A DNA stretch of 64,000 nt from Macrostomum lignano. Its lineage: Eukaryota. Positions within the stretch are counted from its first letter, which is position 1. Each line of letters opens with the position of its first letter. The stretch lies in assembly GCA_002269645.1 (NCBI GenBank), contig NIVC01001149.1, positions 1 to 64,000 on the forward strand. The letters are read 5' to 3'. This document shows positions 37,941-50,051 of the stretch, one piece after another. The position numbers were made by a program, and so were the translations under genes. A model generated the notes under the pieces. That model worked only from the letters and a program-made list of their open reading frames with translations. It was not told where the DNA came from and searched no databases.

Positions 37941-39001
37941 GAAGGTAGCTCTTCTTGGAGGAAATCCAAGTCTTTTCACCATCTTCGTTGTGACTTCCCA
38001 ATAATACAGCTTAGTGATAGGTTTTATTGCAGGTAGACTGAGAAGGCCCTGTAGAATTGCCTTGTAAAGCATTGTTTCTCTAGGCATCTTTAAAGCTTGC
38101 AAGGACTCAGCCGTCTCTCACAAACAAGCATGTCACGGTCAAAGACACTGCTCAAAGTCAATTCGCAGGGCTGTCAGGTGTCACGCATTGGAACTCATGC
38201 AGTCTAGCTTAGCAAAGCAGCTCAGAAGGTCCCTGACACTTGGAGTGGTGCTGGAGCTAGATTGAAATTATTGTAAATATGAAAAAGTGTATTTGATTTG
38301 AAATTATAAATGGAAATGACAGCACTGAAATTTATTACTGAACAGGGAGTTTAAATATGAAAAATTGTTGAAAAGTGCACCTCGGTGCACTGATAAGACA
38401 TGACTAATTAGAAATTCAAATGTTTGCTTTTGGAGGCTGCGAGCCCAGCCCCATCTGCACCTGCCTGCCCTCTCTCGGGTCCCCTGCCGCAGCAGAAGCT
38501 CTGAGTCAGTACGCATTTATGGACAGCAGCTTGACAACAAGGAAAGCAATGGGGTTTGCTGCTCACCTGCTAAAGCTGCTTTCCCAATCCAGCATGCACC
38601 CTGCCTGCAGCCTCTGCATTTTCCAGCTCAGATTCCATCAGCCATCAGCTCAGCTCGGTGCCTGCCGACCGACACTTCAGCATTTGCACAGATTTGTGAC
38701 CTCGACAGCTCAGCTTCTCTATTCTCCATCAGATGGGATGTAGGGTGACGCGGACGGGCAGGGAGAAGACAGGCTGGGATGTAGGGTTGGTGCAGGGTTG
38801 GCTGCCGGCTAGCAGTGTAAGATCTCCAAACATAGTAGACTACTAGAAGTAGCAAGATAAAATATGAACACAAATTAAAAAATAGCACGTGTCATACTTT
38901 ACGTAATACCAGTAATATCACAAAAACAGCGAATGACAGCAAATATGGTAAATGTTAACCTAAAATGACCCTGATCTTTTCTATTCAAAAACGGCCCCAC
39001 C

Positions 39002-39760
39002 TGTCAAATGATACAATTTCTTTCTCGACCTCATCAAAAACCGGTTGGAGCTCAAGTCCGACTCAAATTGTGTATAAGGGCCTTGAGAACAACCAAGAAC
39101 TACGAGGCTACATCTCTGAGAGAAGTAGATACCGTTCGGTAAGTCTTTGTCATTTGATTATTGAGAGCTTCGTAATTGTCGGCCGTTACTGATCAGCTGA
39201 TTTCTATTGAGTTATTGAATTTGAGGCCTCCCTATTCCTAAGGGATTGGATAGGATCTACGGACCGATTTATATACTCTTAGACGATTATTTATTGATTA
39301 ATTTTGATACCCTAGAGTAACTGATAGGGGCACACGACTCCGGTTCCGTTATTTCTAGAAGACGCTCTTCCTGGAGAACCGTTATTGTTATTGAGTTGAC
39401 TTTGCTATTAGGGCTCATCTCTGATTTTGATTACTGATCTCGAAGAGTACATTGACTTCGACGGATTAAATTGTTACGTTCACTAAATTGCTCTCATACT
39501 CGGTTGACTTCAGAATCCAAGAAACTCCGGAGGAAGAATGCTTTGCAGAGACGAGCTCGCGAAACCTGCCCGACAAAGAGGAGCCCGCAATAGCAAGTGG
39601 CCACTAAATTCTGTTCCCAGACTTGCGGTCTGGGAGTGGGAGTTCGTGCGTTTAGACACTAGACTTAATTCTCTCCCTCTTTCCCTCTCTCTCTCTCTCT
39701 AGTGTGCTAAAGCGAACTCTTCAGCAGGAAGGGCCACTATTGATACTGATTGGATGTACA
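39002..39760. mobile_element. Possible solo LTR
   Basis: Unique ~760 bp segment bounded by TGT...ACA. No matching TSD was seen, so the call is weak. Confidence 0.25.
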
Positions 39761-39904
39761 CAACACCTCCAAAAAGCGCAAGTCAAGCAAGTACAATAGT
39801 TGAATTGCCATCAATCTATAGAGTGCATGGCTTCTTCGGCCCTCACAGCCAAATACGGATATATAGTCTACCAATAGAATACAACTTAAACGTCCGCATC
39901 AATA

Positions 39905-40150
39905 TCCTTTATATACTAAAAATGAGTTGCTTGTTTGTTTGTTTGTACGCAATCGATTAGAGAAAAAATGGCTGGACCGATTTTCATGAGACTTGCACTG
40001 TTCGATCAGAAATTTTCCCGTGACGGTACATGCATCGTGGCTAAGAAATTGCTCGATGCTAAAGGCATTAAATATTCGAAAAACATGCTTTTTTGCAAAG
40101 GTCAAGCAAACTTTTCGACTTGAAATGCATTGTAAGAATGCTAGAGAAAA
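39905..40150 (+). mobile_element. Non-autonomous Helitron-like 5' end
   Basis: A|TCCTTTATATACTAAAAATGAG, a (GTTT)n tract, then GCTGGACCGATTTTCATGA, typical of Helitron-derived non-autonomous element starts. Confidence 0.6.
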
Positions 40151-40354
40151 AACTGACTGGTTGAATTCTGATTCTGAAATAGATTGCATCATCACAATAG
40201 GCTTTTTATTTATCGTCTGTGTACTGGCTAAATTTTGACACTGAATTCAATTGCGTAACAGTGTTGAAAACGTAGTGTGGAACTTGATTTAGATTGCGTA
40301 ACTATTTTGAGACTGATACTGACTTGCCTGAGAAATTGATTATGTCATAGAAGC

Positions 40355-43200
40355 GTCATGTAAACAATCATAGAAGCGTCATACAAAAAATCATAGAAGC
40401 GTCATGTGAACAATCATAGAAGCGTCAGGTAAAAATCATAGAAGCGTCATACAAAAAATCATAGAAGCGTCATGTAAAAAATCATAGAAGCGTCAAACAA
40501 AAAATCATAGAAGCGTCATGTAAACAATCAAAAAAGCGTCAGGTAAAAATCATAGAAGCGTCATGTAAACAATCATAGAAGCGTCATGTAAACAATCATA
40601 GAAGCGTCAGGTAAAAATCATAGAAGCGTCATACAAAAAATCATAGAAGCGTCATGTAAACAATCATAGAAGCGTCAGGTAAAAATCATAGAAGCGTCAT
40701 AAAAAATCATAGAAGCGTCATGTAAACAATCATAGAAGCGTCAGGTAAAAATCATAGAAGCGTCATACAAAAAATCATAGAAGCGTCATTTAAACAATCA
40801 TAGAAGCGTCATGTAAAAAATCATAGAAGCGTCATGAAAAAATCAGAGAAGCGTCATGTAAAAAATCACAGAAGCGTCATGTAAACAATCATAGAAGAGT
40901 CACGTAAAAAATCGTAGAAGCGTCATTTAAAAATCATAGAAGCGTCATGTAGAGAATCAAAGAAGCGTCATGTAAACAATCATAGAAGCGTCATGTAAAA
41001 AATCACAGAAGCGTCGTGTAAAAAATAATAGAAGCGTCATGTAAAAATCATAGAAGCGTCATTTAAAAAATCATAGAAGCGTCATGTAAAAAATCAGAGA
41101 AGCGTCATGTAAAAATCGTAGAAGCGTCATGTAAACAATCATTGAAGCGTCATGTAAAAATCATAGAAGCGTCATGTAAACAATCATAGAAGCGTCATTT
41201 AAGAAATCATAGAAGCGTCATGTAAAAATCATAGAAGCGTCATGTAAACAATCATAGAAGCGTCGTGTAAACAATCATAGAAGCGTCATGTAAACAATCA
41301 TAGAAGCGTCACGTAAAAAATCGTAGAAGCGTCATTTAAAAATCATAGAAGCGTCATGTAAAAAATCATAGAAGCGTCATGTAAAAAATCATAGAAGCGT
41401 CATGTAAAAAATCGTAGAAGCGTCATATAAAAATCATAAAAGCGTCATGTAAACAATCATAGAAGCCCCATGTAAAAAATCATAGAAGCGTCATGTAAAA
41501 AATCATAGAAGCGTCATGTAAAAATCAAAAGAAGCGTCATGTAAACAATCATAGAAGCGTCATGTAAAAAATCATAGAAGCGTCGTGTAAACATTTATAG
41601 AAGCGTCATGTAAAAAATCATAGAAGCGTCGTGTAAACAATCATAGAAGCGTCGTGTAAAAAATCATAGAAGCGTCGTGTAAAAAATCATAGAAGTGTCA
41701 TGTAAAAAATCACAGAAGCGTCATGTAAACAATCATAGAAGAGTCACGTAAAAAATCGTAGAAGCGTCATTTAAAAATCATAGAAGCGTCATGTAGAGAA
41801 TCAAAGAAGCGTCATGTAAACAATCATAGAAGCGTCATGTAAAAAATCACAGAAGCGTCGTGTAAAAAATAATAGAAGCGTCATGTAAAAAATCACAGAA
41901 GCGTCATGTAAACAATCATAGAAGAGTCACGTAAAAAATCGTAGAAGCGTCATTTAAAAATCAGAGAAGCGTCATGTAGAGAATCAAAGAAGCGTCATGT
42001 AAACAATCATAGAAGCGTCATGTAAAAAATCACAGAAGCGTCATGTAAACAATCATAGAAGAGTCACGTAAAAAATCGTAGAAGCGTCATTTAAAAATCA
42101 CAGAAGCGTCATATAAAAATCATAAAAGCGTCATGTAAACAATCATAGAAGCGTCATGTAAAAAATCATAGAAGCGTCGTGTAAACATTTATAGAAGCGT
42201 CATGTAAAAAATCATAGAAGCGTCGTGTAAACAATCATAGAAGCGTCGTGTAAAAAATCATAGAAGCGTCGTGTAAAAAATCATAGAAGTGTCATGTAAA
42301 AAATCACAGAAGCGTCATGTAAACAATCATAGAAGAGTCACGTAAAAAATCGTAGAAGCGTCATTTAAAAATCATAGAAGCGTCATGTAGAGAATCAAAG
42401 AAGCGTCATGTAAACAATCATAGAAGCGTCATGTAAAAAATCACAGAAGCGTCATGTAAACAATCATAGAAGAGTCACGTAAAAAATCGTAGAAGCGTCA
42501 TTTAAAAATCAGAGAAGCGTCATGTAGAGAATCAAAGAAGCGTCATGTAAACAATCATAGAAGCGTCATGTAAAAAATCACAGAAGCGTCATGTAAACAA
42601 TCATAGAAGAGTCACGTAAAAAATCGTAGAAGCGTCATTTAAAAATCATAGAAGCGTCATGTAGAGAATCATAGAAGCGTCATGTAAAAAATCATAGAAG
42701 CCTTATATAAAAACTAATGGAAGTGTCATTTAAGAAATCATAGAAGCGTCATGGAAGAATAAAAGAAGCGTCATGTAAAAATCAAAAGAAGCGTCATGTA
42801 AAAAATCATAGAAGCGTAATGTAAAAAATTATCGAAGCGTCATGTAAAAATCATAGAAGCGTCATGTAAAAAATCACAGAAGCGTCGTGTAAACAATCAT
42901 AGAAGCGTCATGTAAAAAAACATAGAAGCGTCATGTAAACAATCATAGAAGCGTCATGTAAAAAATCATAGAAGCGTCATGAAGTAATCATAGAAGCGTC
43001 ATGTAAAAAATCATAGAAGCGTCATGAAAGAATAAAAGAAGCGTCATGTAAAAATCAGAAGAAGCGTCATATAAAAATCATAGAAGCGTCATATAAAAAT
43101 CATAGAAGCGTCATGAAAAAATCATAGGAGCCTCATTTAAAAACTAATGAAAGTGTCATTTAAAAAATCAAGAAGCATCATGGTAGAATAAAAGAAGCGT
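40355..43200. repeat. ~2.8 kb 22-23 bp satellite with higher-order blocks
   Basis: Unit CATGTAAAAAATCATAGAAGCGT. Multi-unit blocks (e.g. ...GAAGAGTCACGTAAAAAATCGTAGAAGCGTCATTTAAAAATC...GTAGAGAATCAAAG) recur. Confidence 0.97.
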
Positions 43201-43429
43201 CATGTCAGACATGAAGGGTATCATGTAAAAATTAAATGCAGCTATAATGCTGTGCTGGGGAGAAAAACTGAGATGTAAAGGCTCTCAGAGAATAACTGAG
43301 ATTACGGGGGGGGGTTCTGAGATGTCAAAGCAAAAGTCAGAAGCTACTTCAAAGTTCATGTACTTTACTCAATTTTTTTATTGCATTCTTTGTTGGCTCG
43401 CCACAGGGGGGGGCGCTGATAGAAGAAGA

Positions 43430-44335
43430 GTCATGTAAAAAATAAAAGTAGCACTATGTATACATAAAAGAAAAGTCATGTCGAAGTTAAAAGATTCATT
43501 TGGGAATTGCTACGATGTCAAAGCTTGGTGGAAATCGTTATAGTGCTGTGATTCTTAAAGAAGGAATCACTAAAATTTTAAGGCTTAGGGGAGAAGAATT
43601 GCTGAGATTTCAAGGCTTTAGGTTGGGTTAAAGTTAGGTTTAGGTCAGGTGTGGGTTGAGGGTTATATTTTATCGGGTTTCAAGGTTAACAGAATAACAG
43701 GGGATTTTTTAGATTTCAAGGTTTATGGGGCCATCGCTGACATGTTAAGGCTTACGGGGGAATAGCTGAGATGTCAAGGCTCACGGGGGTATAAATGAGA
43801 TTTCAAGGCTAAAGTCAGAAGCTACATGTAGTTTATTGGAAACTTTTTATTACATTATTTGATGCCTCCTCAGGGGAGGGATCGCTGATAAAAAAAGCGT
43901 AATGTAAAAAATAAAATAAGCTTCATGTCGAAGTTAAGAGATTCATTTGGGAATCTCTACGATGTCGAGGCTTGCAGGGAATCGCTATAATGCTGTAGTA
44001 GTGCTATAATGACTCTTAGAGAGAATTACTGAAATTTCAATGCTTTAGGGTTAGGGTTAGGGTTAGGGTTAGGGTTAGGGTTAGGGTTAGGGTTAGGCTA
44101 GGGTTAGGGTTAGAAGGTTGACAGATATTTTTAGATTTCCAAGGCTTATTGGGGGCATTGCTGAGATGTCAAGGGGGAAGTTGATATGTTAAAGCTTGTG
44201 GGGGGGGGGGAATTACTGACATGTCAAGGCTTACAAGGTTTGACAGGAGATTTTTAAGATTTCAAGGATACATGTAGCTTATTAAAAAAACGTGTATTGC
44301 ATTTCTTTGGCTCCCCAACGGGGGGCGTAGATTGC
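43430..44335. repeat. Diverged ~450 bp tandem duplication containing telomere-like repeats
   Basis: CATGTCGAAGTTAA.AGATTCATTTGGGAAT..CTACGATGTC occurs at ~43478 and ~43923. There is a degenerate TTAGG tract in copy 1 and clean TTAGGG in copy 2. Confidence 0.8.
44045..44113 (+). repeat. Interstitial telomeric repeat (TTAGGG)n
   Basis: 8 perfect TTAGGG units followed by ~3 degenerate units. Confidence 0.95.
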
Positions 44336-44370
44336 TAGTTCATACTACTCATAGGCTACTCATAGGACTA

Positions 44371-46457
44371 GTGCGGCAAGCATATCCTCATTGCATTAAG
44401 AGAGAAGAGTTGCACAGCATTTTTCGCTATGCTAGATGATATTGCTCAAGAGCTATTCACAGCGTCTCTTGCACCACTGCCTTGAGTCCTGCCTTTGGCT
44501 CTAGGCAATGGGCGCTCAGTTTTTTTAAATATCCAGCGTCTCTACGCGCTGCACTCTGCATCTCTCTTTGACGCACAGCTTTTGTTTTGTTGCTCATCCG
44601 AGCACCCCTCTGTGCACCTGCCTCAGTGCAAAACTGCTACTTATAGGAAGGTCGAGCAGTTGCTCGTTTCATTTGTCCTTCTTTTGGCTCATAAATAACT
44701 GCTTTGTTGAACAGTCTTTTCGCATTTCGTAGCAAAACTCGTAGATCTCTTTTTTATTTAAGGTGCGAGCGTGAGCAGTCCTGCTCACACGGCTCTCTGC
44801 GCCTGTTACATTTGCACGCATATCAATCAACAGAATTCAACTCTGGCTTTGATCTATTGACCAGATGTTCCGCCTTTATTCGTATATTTTAGTCTCGTCT
44901 CCCCGTATATATCACAGGCATATTCATGAACGTCTGATCGCGTACCTGCACCTGTAGTTGCCAACTGCATATCAAGGAGTCACCAGGCAAACACTAATCC
45001 GATGTTTTGGGATGCGCCGTCTTTTTGGCGGCGATAAAACTCAAAATAAATACTGATTTATTCTTTGGAAAACTTTGGGTATAATTTTAAAATTGAGAAA
45101 CAAAAATCACAAAGCACATCAATCAGGTTGCTGCATCAGCTTTAAAATTTAACACAATCACACATGCATTAGGAGCTTGTATACTTAAGCTCGTAATTTC
45201 ATTTTTTGTTAGTATTTTACTTTAAAAGTAAAAAATCCAGAAACTAAAGATAACGGTAAAGTAGTAAGGTTATGCAGATCAACTTGAGCATAGAGTGCGC
45301 TTGAGCTGAAGGGGCCAACACAGCAGTCAGATAAACAAAAACTGTGAGCACTGAGACGCAAAGAAGGAACAAAATATAAATAAAAAAATCAGAGCAGCGC
45401 GTACGGATATCGGTTTTATCTTTGAACAGTTAGAAATCTCAGATAAAAATTTAGAAAGCTGTTTGCCTCACAAAACAAATTAATTTAAACCATCAGAGCG
45501 GTCTTATCAGTTTAATCAGACTGGCCATCAGTCTGATCTGGTTAGGCAGAGCAGAGTAACGAAATTGGTCCCAACTATGGGTGATTCAATTCGCGTCATC
45601 ATAAGGCCCTAAGCTTAGGCTGGTGAGGAGAGAGCGGAGAGTCATGGCTAGAGTTGGATTAAACCTGCCTCTCAGTTCTCGTGAACTGTGGTTCAATGTT
45701 GCTGCGAAGTATAAGTATCTCAGGAACCGCTAAACAATTTCATTGAACAGCCCCTAACCTTTTGGAGCTCTTTCTGGATCAAAGCTAACAAGGCGTGAAA
45801 GCTGGTCGACTCTCTGCGGCACAACATGGTACAGGCTTTTATTCACCTGAACTTTGGCTTCCTGCAAGTAGCCGCTCACCTTGGTCATGATGGTACTGAG
45901 GTCCAGGTCACGAAAGTTCTCCTCAATGAAATTGCAAACAGTCTGCACGTACAGCGAACCCGTTTCGACATTTCTAAAGGCGACTGAGCCTGGAGTGTTG
46001 GCGTAGCAGACCAGAAAGTCGCCCTCTGCCGGACGGACTGCGGTGTTGTACACCGGAGCGGTGGAGTCCGTTTCCTCGCGAGAATTGGGAGCAGCAACTG
46101 GTTCGACGCGGCTTCCGCGACAGGCCTGGATGAAGAACACCTTCGGCTTTCCTCCAAGTCTGCGGCAGACGGAGGTCTGTGATGCGATGGCAGTGGCGGT
46201 AAAGTCGTCCGAATTAGAAGCTAAATACAGTCTCGTCAATACTTTGGTGAATGCGAAAAACAAGTTCTTTTTCATTCAAGTTGGGAATTTGGTTCCATTT
46301 TGTACGAGCGTACATTATTACACTGTAAATTTTTCATATCCCTGTTCTTTCGTATATTTAGATAAAAAATATGAAACGATAATATTGGCTAGTTAGGCTC
46401 ACCTGGAACCTGTCTGTCAGCTTTTGAATTTCGCAGGGCACGCCGTCTTTACCGTAG
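44371..46457 (-). other. Copy A of a diverged segmental duplication (copy B = 47301-49751)
   Basis: Both copies start GTGCGGCAAGCATATCCT and share blocks through to ACCGTAG inside caspase exon 8. Confidence 0.88.
45754..46457 (-). CDS. Partial caspase duplicate: 3' fragment of exon 8 (46403-46457) plus a complete last exon (45754-46176) with QACRG and the small subunit
   Basis: YGKDGVPCEIQKLTDRFQ|TSVCRRLGGKPKVFFIQACRG..EETDS..GDFLVCYANTPGSVAFRN..GSLYVQT..VPQRVDQLSRLVSF. The His-Gly region is absent, with an in-frame TGA just upstream of the fragment. Confidence 0.85.
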
Positions 46458-46659
46458 GCTCACATCGGAGCAGTGAAAAACAGCGGCCTCTACTCGCCCC
46501 GACCCCAGCTGTCCAAGCAGCTCCAGACCAGCCGAGCTCAATGCCCAGAGGACAATGGCGTTCTCGTTGACTGTAAAATTCGCTGCCGTGGATATTCGGC
46601 ACTGCGGGTTTTCACATGCGAGCCTCGCACTCATAACTGGGCGTTTAGAATTAGGGTGA

Positions 46660-47220
46660 GGGGCAGGGAGAGAGACAGGCTGGGATGCAGGGTGAGGGGT
46701 AGGGAGAGAGACAGGCTGGGATGCAGGGTGAGGGGTAGGGAGAGAGACAGGCTGGGATGTAGGGTGAGGGGCAGGGAGAGACAGGCTGGGATGTAGGGTG
46801 GGGGCAGGGAGAGAGATAGGCTGGGATGTAGGGTGAGGGGCAGGGAGAGAGATAGGCTGGGATGTAGGGTGAGGGGCAGGGAGAGAGACAGGCTGGGATG
46901 TAGGGTGAGGGGCAGGGAGAGACAGGCTGGGATGTAGGGTGGGGGCAGGGAGAGAGATAGGCTGGGATGTAGGGTGAGGGGCAGGGAGAGAGATAGGCTG
47001 GGATGTAGGGTGAGGGGCAGGGAGAGAGACAGGCTGGGATGTAGGGTGAGGGGCAGGGAGAGAGACAGGCTGGGATGTAGGGTGAGGGCAGGGAGAGACA
47101 GGCTGGGATGTAGGGTGGGGGCAGGGAGAGAGATAGGCTGGGATGTAGGGTGAGGGGCAGGGAGAGAGATAGGCTGGGATGTAGGGTGAGGGGCAGGAAG
47201 GGAGAAAGGCTGGGATGTAG
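46660..47220. repeat. ~35 bp minisatellite; short related copy at ~38735-38800
   Basis: Unit GGGCAGGGAGAGAGACAGGCTGGGATGTAGGGTGA. Confidence 0.93.
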
Positions 47221-49049
47221 TGCTGGGGGCAGCGTTGGCGCCGGCCAATGATAGAAGCAAAATCGATTCTGATGGGACAGTAATTCCTCTGTAAGGTCTG
47301 GTGCGGCAAGCATATCCTTGTTGTAAAAGAGAATATCCGTAAAGCATTTTTGGAACATTTGATTGCTCCTGTAGATCCGCCTTGCTGGATTATTTTACTA
47401 GGTCACAGACCTCTGCACTGTCTTGAATCGGGCCTCTGGCTCTCGGAGGGTGAGCGCCCAATTTCCGAATTTTCCAGGGTCTCTTCGATGCACTTCGTTC
47501 TGCATCTGTCTTTTGTTTTGTTGCTCAGCCCGAGACCGTGGAAAGCACCGCCACCTCTGTGCACCTGCTTCAATGCTTAATTGCTACTTCTGTTAAAAAT
47601 TTTAGTTTCTGAATACTCCTGTCTGTCTTTCTGTTGGTTTCATTGTCCTGCCTTTCGCTTGTAAAAAAACTGGCCTGTCAAGCATTTTTTGCATTTGTAG
47701 CGAATGCTCGCACAGCTCGTGTTTTGTTTAGCTGCGAGCTTGAGCAGTCCTGCTCACAGGGCTCTCTTAGCCAGCTACATGTGCACGCATATCAACTAAC
47801 AGTTTCATCAATCCACCCTCGCTTTGACCCATTGACCAGATGTTTCACCTATCTTTATATTATTATGTATTCTTATGTCTAACCTCCAGTGTACATCTCA
47901 GACACATTCCTAAACATCTGATGGCGCACCTGTGCCTGCAGTTGCCAACTGCTCATCAAGGAGTCACCAAGCAGCAATCAATTTGATTTGGTTTGCGATG
48001 CAAAGTTTTTTAGTGCGGGAAAAAAACTGAAATACAAACTGGTTTATTTTTCAGAAAGCTTTTGATTAACTATTGAACAACAGAAACAATTTATCACAGG
48101 GTTAAAAACTTATTGGAAATGAAAAAAAGATTATGAAAAAACTACTTTTCACGGCAATTGAGTAAAGGTTAAACAGATCAACTTGAGTAGACATGGGAGC
48201 CGATTAGCAATTGGGTTAAAGTGCGCTTGAGCTGAAGGGGCCAAAAATTAACGCAATCAAAATTGATTATAGCAGATCCACTTAAGTAAGCAGACCAAGT
48301 ACCAGTGCAGGTACCAGCTTACAGTGGGCTTGAGCTGAATGCCATGGCAAGACAGCAGTCAGAGAAGCAAAAAACTGTTGAGTATTGTAGCGCAAAAAGG
48401 TGAACAAAACTTGAATAAACAATATAAAAACCACCGACACGAATATCTATGTTTTCTCTGATAAATTGAAAATCTTACGAGGCATATAAAAATTAAAAAA
48501 AGCATGGAAAGTTGTTGTTACATACCGGACATACCGGAAACATACCGGAAAAATTATATAGATTGTAAAGCATCAGATCGGTCAAATCTGGAGAGGCACT
48601 GCACACAATAAAACAATTGGGCTGCAGGTACAGGAAAAGTTCGGCTGCTTGGGTAAACTGGAGCAGTGCTTCTGCAAGAAAGATAGTGTGTCAAAATAAA
48701 AAACAGCTATATAAAAAACTAAAGAAACTAAAAAATATCTAAAAAACAAACAAACAAGCATATATGTTTCAAATATTATACACTCAGCAACTTTAAAAGT
48801 TTCCACCACGAAACCAGTGGCCAAAATTGTCTCAGATCTCAGCCCCAAAATAACGAAATTCATCGCAGCTGAGGCAGGTGAGGAGAGAACGAAGAGTCAT
48901 GACTAGAGGCTAGATTGAAGCTGCCAACTTTGAAGATGTCAGTTCTCAGTCCCCATGAACTGGTTTCGGTGTGAAAACTCTTACACGTTGCTGAGTGTAT
49001 GCTGGTATAAGTGTCTCAGAAACCGTTAAACAATGTTATCGAGCAGCCT

Positions 49050-50051
49050 CTAAGCATTCCGAGCTCTTTCTGGATAGAAGCTAACAAGGCTTGAAAGCTG
49101 GTCAACTTTCTGCGGAACAACGTGATACAGGCCGCCTTTCACCTGAACCGGGTTTTTGTGCAAGTGGCCGCTCACCTTGGTCATGATGGTAATCAGGTCG
49201 AGCTCACGGAAGTACTTCTCGATGAACTCGCAAACAGTCTGCACGTACCGCGAGCCCGAGTCGATGTTTCTAAAAGCGGCTGAGCCTGGAGTGGTGGCGT
49301 AGCAGAGCAGAAAATCGCCCTCTGCAGGGCGGATTGCGGAGTTGAACACCGGAGCGCCTGCCTCATCCGTTTGCTCACGAGAGCTCCGAGCAACAGCTTG
49401 GTCGCGACCGCTGCCGCGACAGGCCTGGATGAAGAACACCTTCGGCTTTCCTTCAAGGCTGCCGCAGACAGAGCTCTGTGATGCGATGGTAGTGGCGGTG
49501 AAGTCTTTGGTATTAGAAACTACTAACAGCTTTGTCTATACTTTTGCAGAGACGAAAAACAGGCTAAACATTACTCTCGTTTCAATATCATTGGTTTCTA
49601 CTCTTAGGAATTCTTCGAAACTTTTATATCCCTGTTCTTGCTCATATATGCTCATAAAATAATAAACATGGTATTGTTAGCTATAGTTAGGCTCACCTTG
49701 AACTTTTCCGTCAGGTTTCGAATTTCGCAGGGCACGCCGTTCTTACCGTAGATGCAGTCGTGGCTGCCGTGCGCCATCAGGAAGCAGACAAAGCTGCCGT
49801 GATTGGCAAGGTCCGGTGATCTTTTGATCTCGTTGAGGAAATCGTCCACCTCCTCAGCAGTGAGGTCCTCTTTTATTCTGACGATGAAGCGCAGCCTCTC
49901 GAAAACCTGTTTCACTCGTTCAACATCACGATCCGAACCTTTACGCTCTTTGTGACTGAATGTGATGTCACTTCCGGACTCGTACTTGCTGATGTTGATG
50001 ATCAGGCAGTAGCCTTGCGGGTCCGTCGCTGGATAGAAATCTCCCTCCACC
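49050..50051 (-). CDS. Caspase (peptidase C14A) catalytic domain, exons 8-9 of the ANK-caspase gene
   Basis: Catalytic His (AHG, codon 49769-71) and Cys (QACRG, codon 49419-21). The join FK|SSVCGSLEGKPKVFFIQACRG aligns without gaps to the canonical [23 protein letters not shown]. Confidence 0.95.

Noticed and set aside
37941-38260. Exon interrupted by the MITE
   Set aside because: A donor-like site is restored, but all frames carry several stops and no recognisable protein.
49476-49640. Longer caspase last exons suggested by the ORF track (with a TAG in copy B)
   Set aside because: The acceptor at CGCATCACAG gives a gap-free match to the canonical caspase sequence, so the upstream part is intron.
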